The notes under the pieces: generated by a model | Seen by the model: the letters and a program-made list of their open reading frames with translations, nothing else | Database searches by the model: none | Told to the model about the DNA's origin: nothing | Source of the DNA: Malacoraja senta | Taxonomy: Eukaryota | DNA: 64,000 bases | Assembly: GCA_038087875.1 (NCBI GenBank) | Contig: CM075999.1 | Coordinates: forward strand, 2,730,001-2,794,000 | Direction of reading: 5' to 3' | Position numbers and translations under genes: made by a program | Shown here: piece after piece, positions 62,699 to 64,000 of the stretch | Layout of the letters: each line of letters starts with the position of its first letter | How positions within the stretch are numbered: position 1 is the first letter of the stretch

Positions 62699-63949
62699 CG
62701 GGGCCGGCCTTAGGAGGCGCGGGGCCCAATTGGGAACAATTTTGGTGAGCCCCAGGTTCCCAGCCAAGGTCTGTAGAATCATAGAAATATAATTAAAGTC
62801 TATTATAGGCTTTATATCTCTATGGTAGAATGGAAAGTAATCAACATGTGCGTTTAAAAAGTGAATGCGAGTTAATGGACCAAATAGATCTAAGCTACAT
62901 TTGAATATAAAATTGCATACATGTAAGCCTACAAGTAACGAACAAATTGTGTAGATCACCTCTGAAAAGTACATAGTTACAATACCACTTGTTTTAGTGA
63001 CTGTGAAATGAAAAAAAAAAGTAATTTAATTAAATAGACCCTGGAAAACCAATAACCATTGGTGAAAAACCCGTCCAGGCGTTAAATTTTGGGCTTCAGC
63101 CCCATCCTAACTTAGTTGTGTGTGTTAGTTGTCCGTGCGTGATGTGTGTGTGTTAGTTGTCTGTGTGGTATGTGTGTGTGTAGTTGTCCGTGCGTGATGT
63201 GTGTGTGTTAGTTGTCTGTGTGGTATGTGTGTGTGTTAATTGTCTGTGTGGTATGTGTGTGTGGGAGGGAAGGAGCGAAGGGAGGGAGGGAGAGGAGAGA
63301 GAGAAGGGAGGGAGGGAAGGGAGGGAGGGAGAGGAGAGAGAGAAGGGAGGGAGGGAAGGAGAGGAGGGAGGGAGGACAGAAGGGAGGAGGGAAGTAGAGA
63401 AAGGAGGGAGGGAAGGAGAGAAAGAATGGATGGAGCGAATGAGAGAAGGGAAAAGGGAGAGGAAGGAGGGAGGGAAGGAGAGAAGGGAGGGAGGGAAGAA
63501 GGGAAGGAGAGAAGGGAGGGAGAGGGCCGGCGGCAGGAGCGGATGTTGGGGTCCCGGCGGACGGGAGTGAGCTGAGACCGATGTTTGTAAACGTTGCTCC
63601 AACCCCCCCGGCCCGGCCCTCCGTGTATTGTTCACCGCGTCTCCCCGGGAAGAGAGAGGGGTGGAGCCGGGGCTGCGTGCGTGAAGCACGGCGACTGGAG
63701 GGGCGGGAGCGCTGCCCCGGGACCGTGAGGGAACGACCCACCTCCCCCCCTCCCCCTTCTCCTTTTCCCCTCACACCCCCCTCCCCGTTTACCCCTTTCT
63801 TCCCCCTCTACTCTCTCTCCGCCCCTCTCTTCCCCCTCCACCCGGGTTAGATCTACCCGAGCCGAGAGTAGATTCCTCTGGCGTGGGGCCCCCTTACTCG
63901 CGGGGCCCAATTGGGAGCAATTGGTCCAATCGGCTTAAGGCCGGCCCTG
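62699..63949. mobile_element. Putative non-autonomous hAT-like DNA element containing TG-rich (63113-63263) and GA-rich (63264-63523) simple repeats
   Basis: Imperfect 16-bp TIRs (CGGGGCCGGCCTTAGG vs reverse complement CAGGGCCGGCCTTAAG) and the subterminal motif GCGGGGCCCAATTGGGA[A/G]CAATT at both ends; no clear 8-bp TSD. Confidence 0.55.
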
Positions 63950-64000
63950 TCAACGACTGCATCGGGGCTACCTCCTGCACCCATGCAGGACGCATGGACT

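Noticed and set aside
63153..63910. Several 90-190 aa ORFs
   Set aside because: Low-complexity GA/TG repeats and GC-rich element sequence.

Overview
Repeat-dense vertebrate DNA. The HE1/V-domain tRNA-SINEs, CR1, L2, Rex1/Babar and Penelope-like remnants suggest a cartilaginous fish, probably a skate or ray (inference). The only host gene I can support is a + strand vestigial-like gene (VGLL1-3 subfamily, VGLL2-like by motif). It has a CpG-rich putative non-coding first exon ending at 26033/47134, a Tondu (TEAD-binding) exon at 28448-28711/50416-50679, and a downstream exon at 61001-61425 whose conserved frame is broken by an apparent 1-nt deletion. I could not identify its terminal exon. About 21 kb (12626-33510) is repeated in tandem (33711-55484) directly across a 200-N gap. 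This is most likely an uncollapsed-haplotype (false) duplication, and the two copies differ by two repeat-mediated deletions. Other notable signals: a hammerhead-ribozyme-like core in the abundant Penelope-type terminal repeats, a local CR1 fold-back duplication, a Harbinger-type MITE with TAA TSD, and two candidate enhancer islands. No prokaryotic features, CRISPR arrays or functional RNA genes were seen. Most ORFs in the supplied track are repeat-derived.
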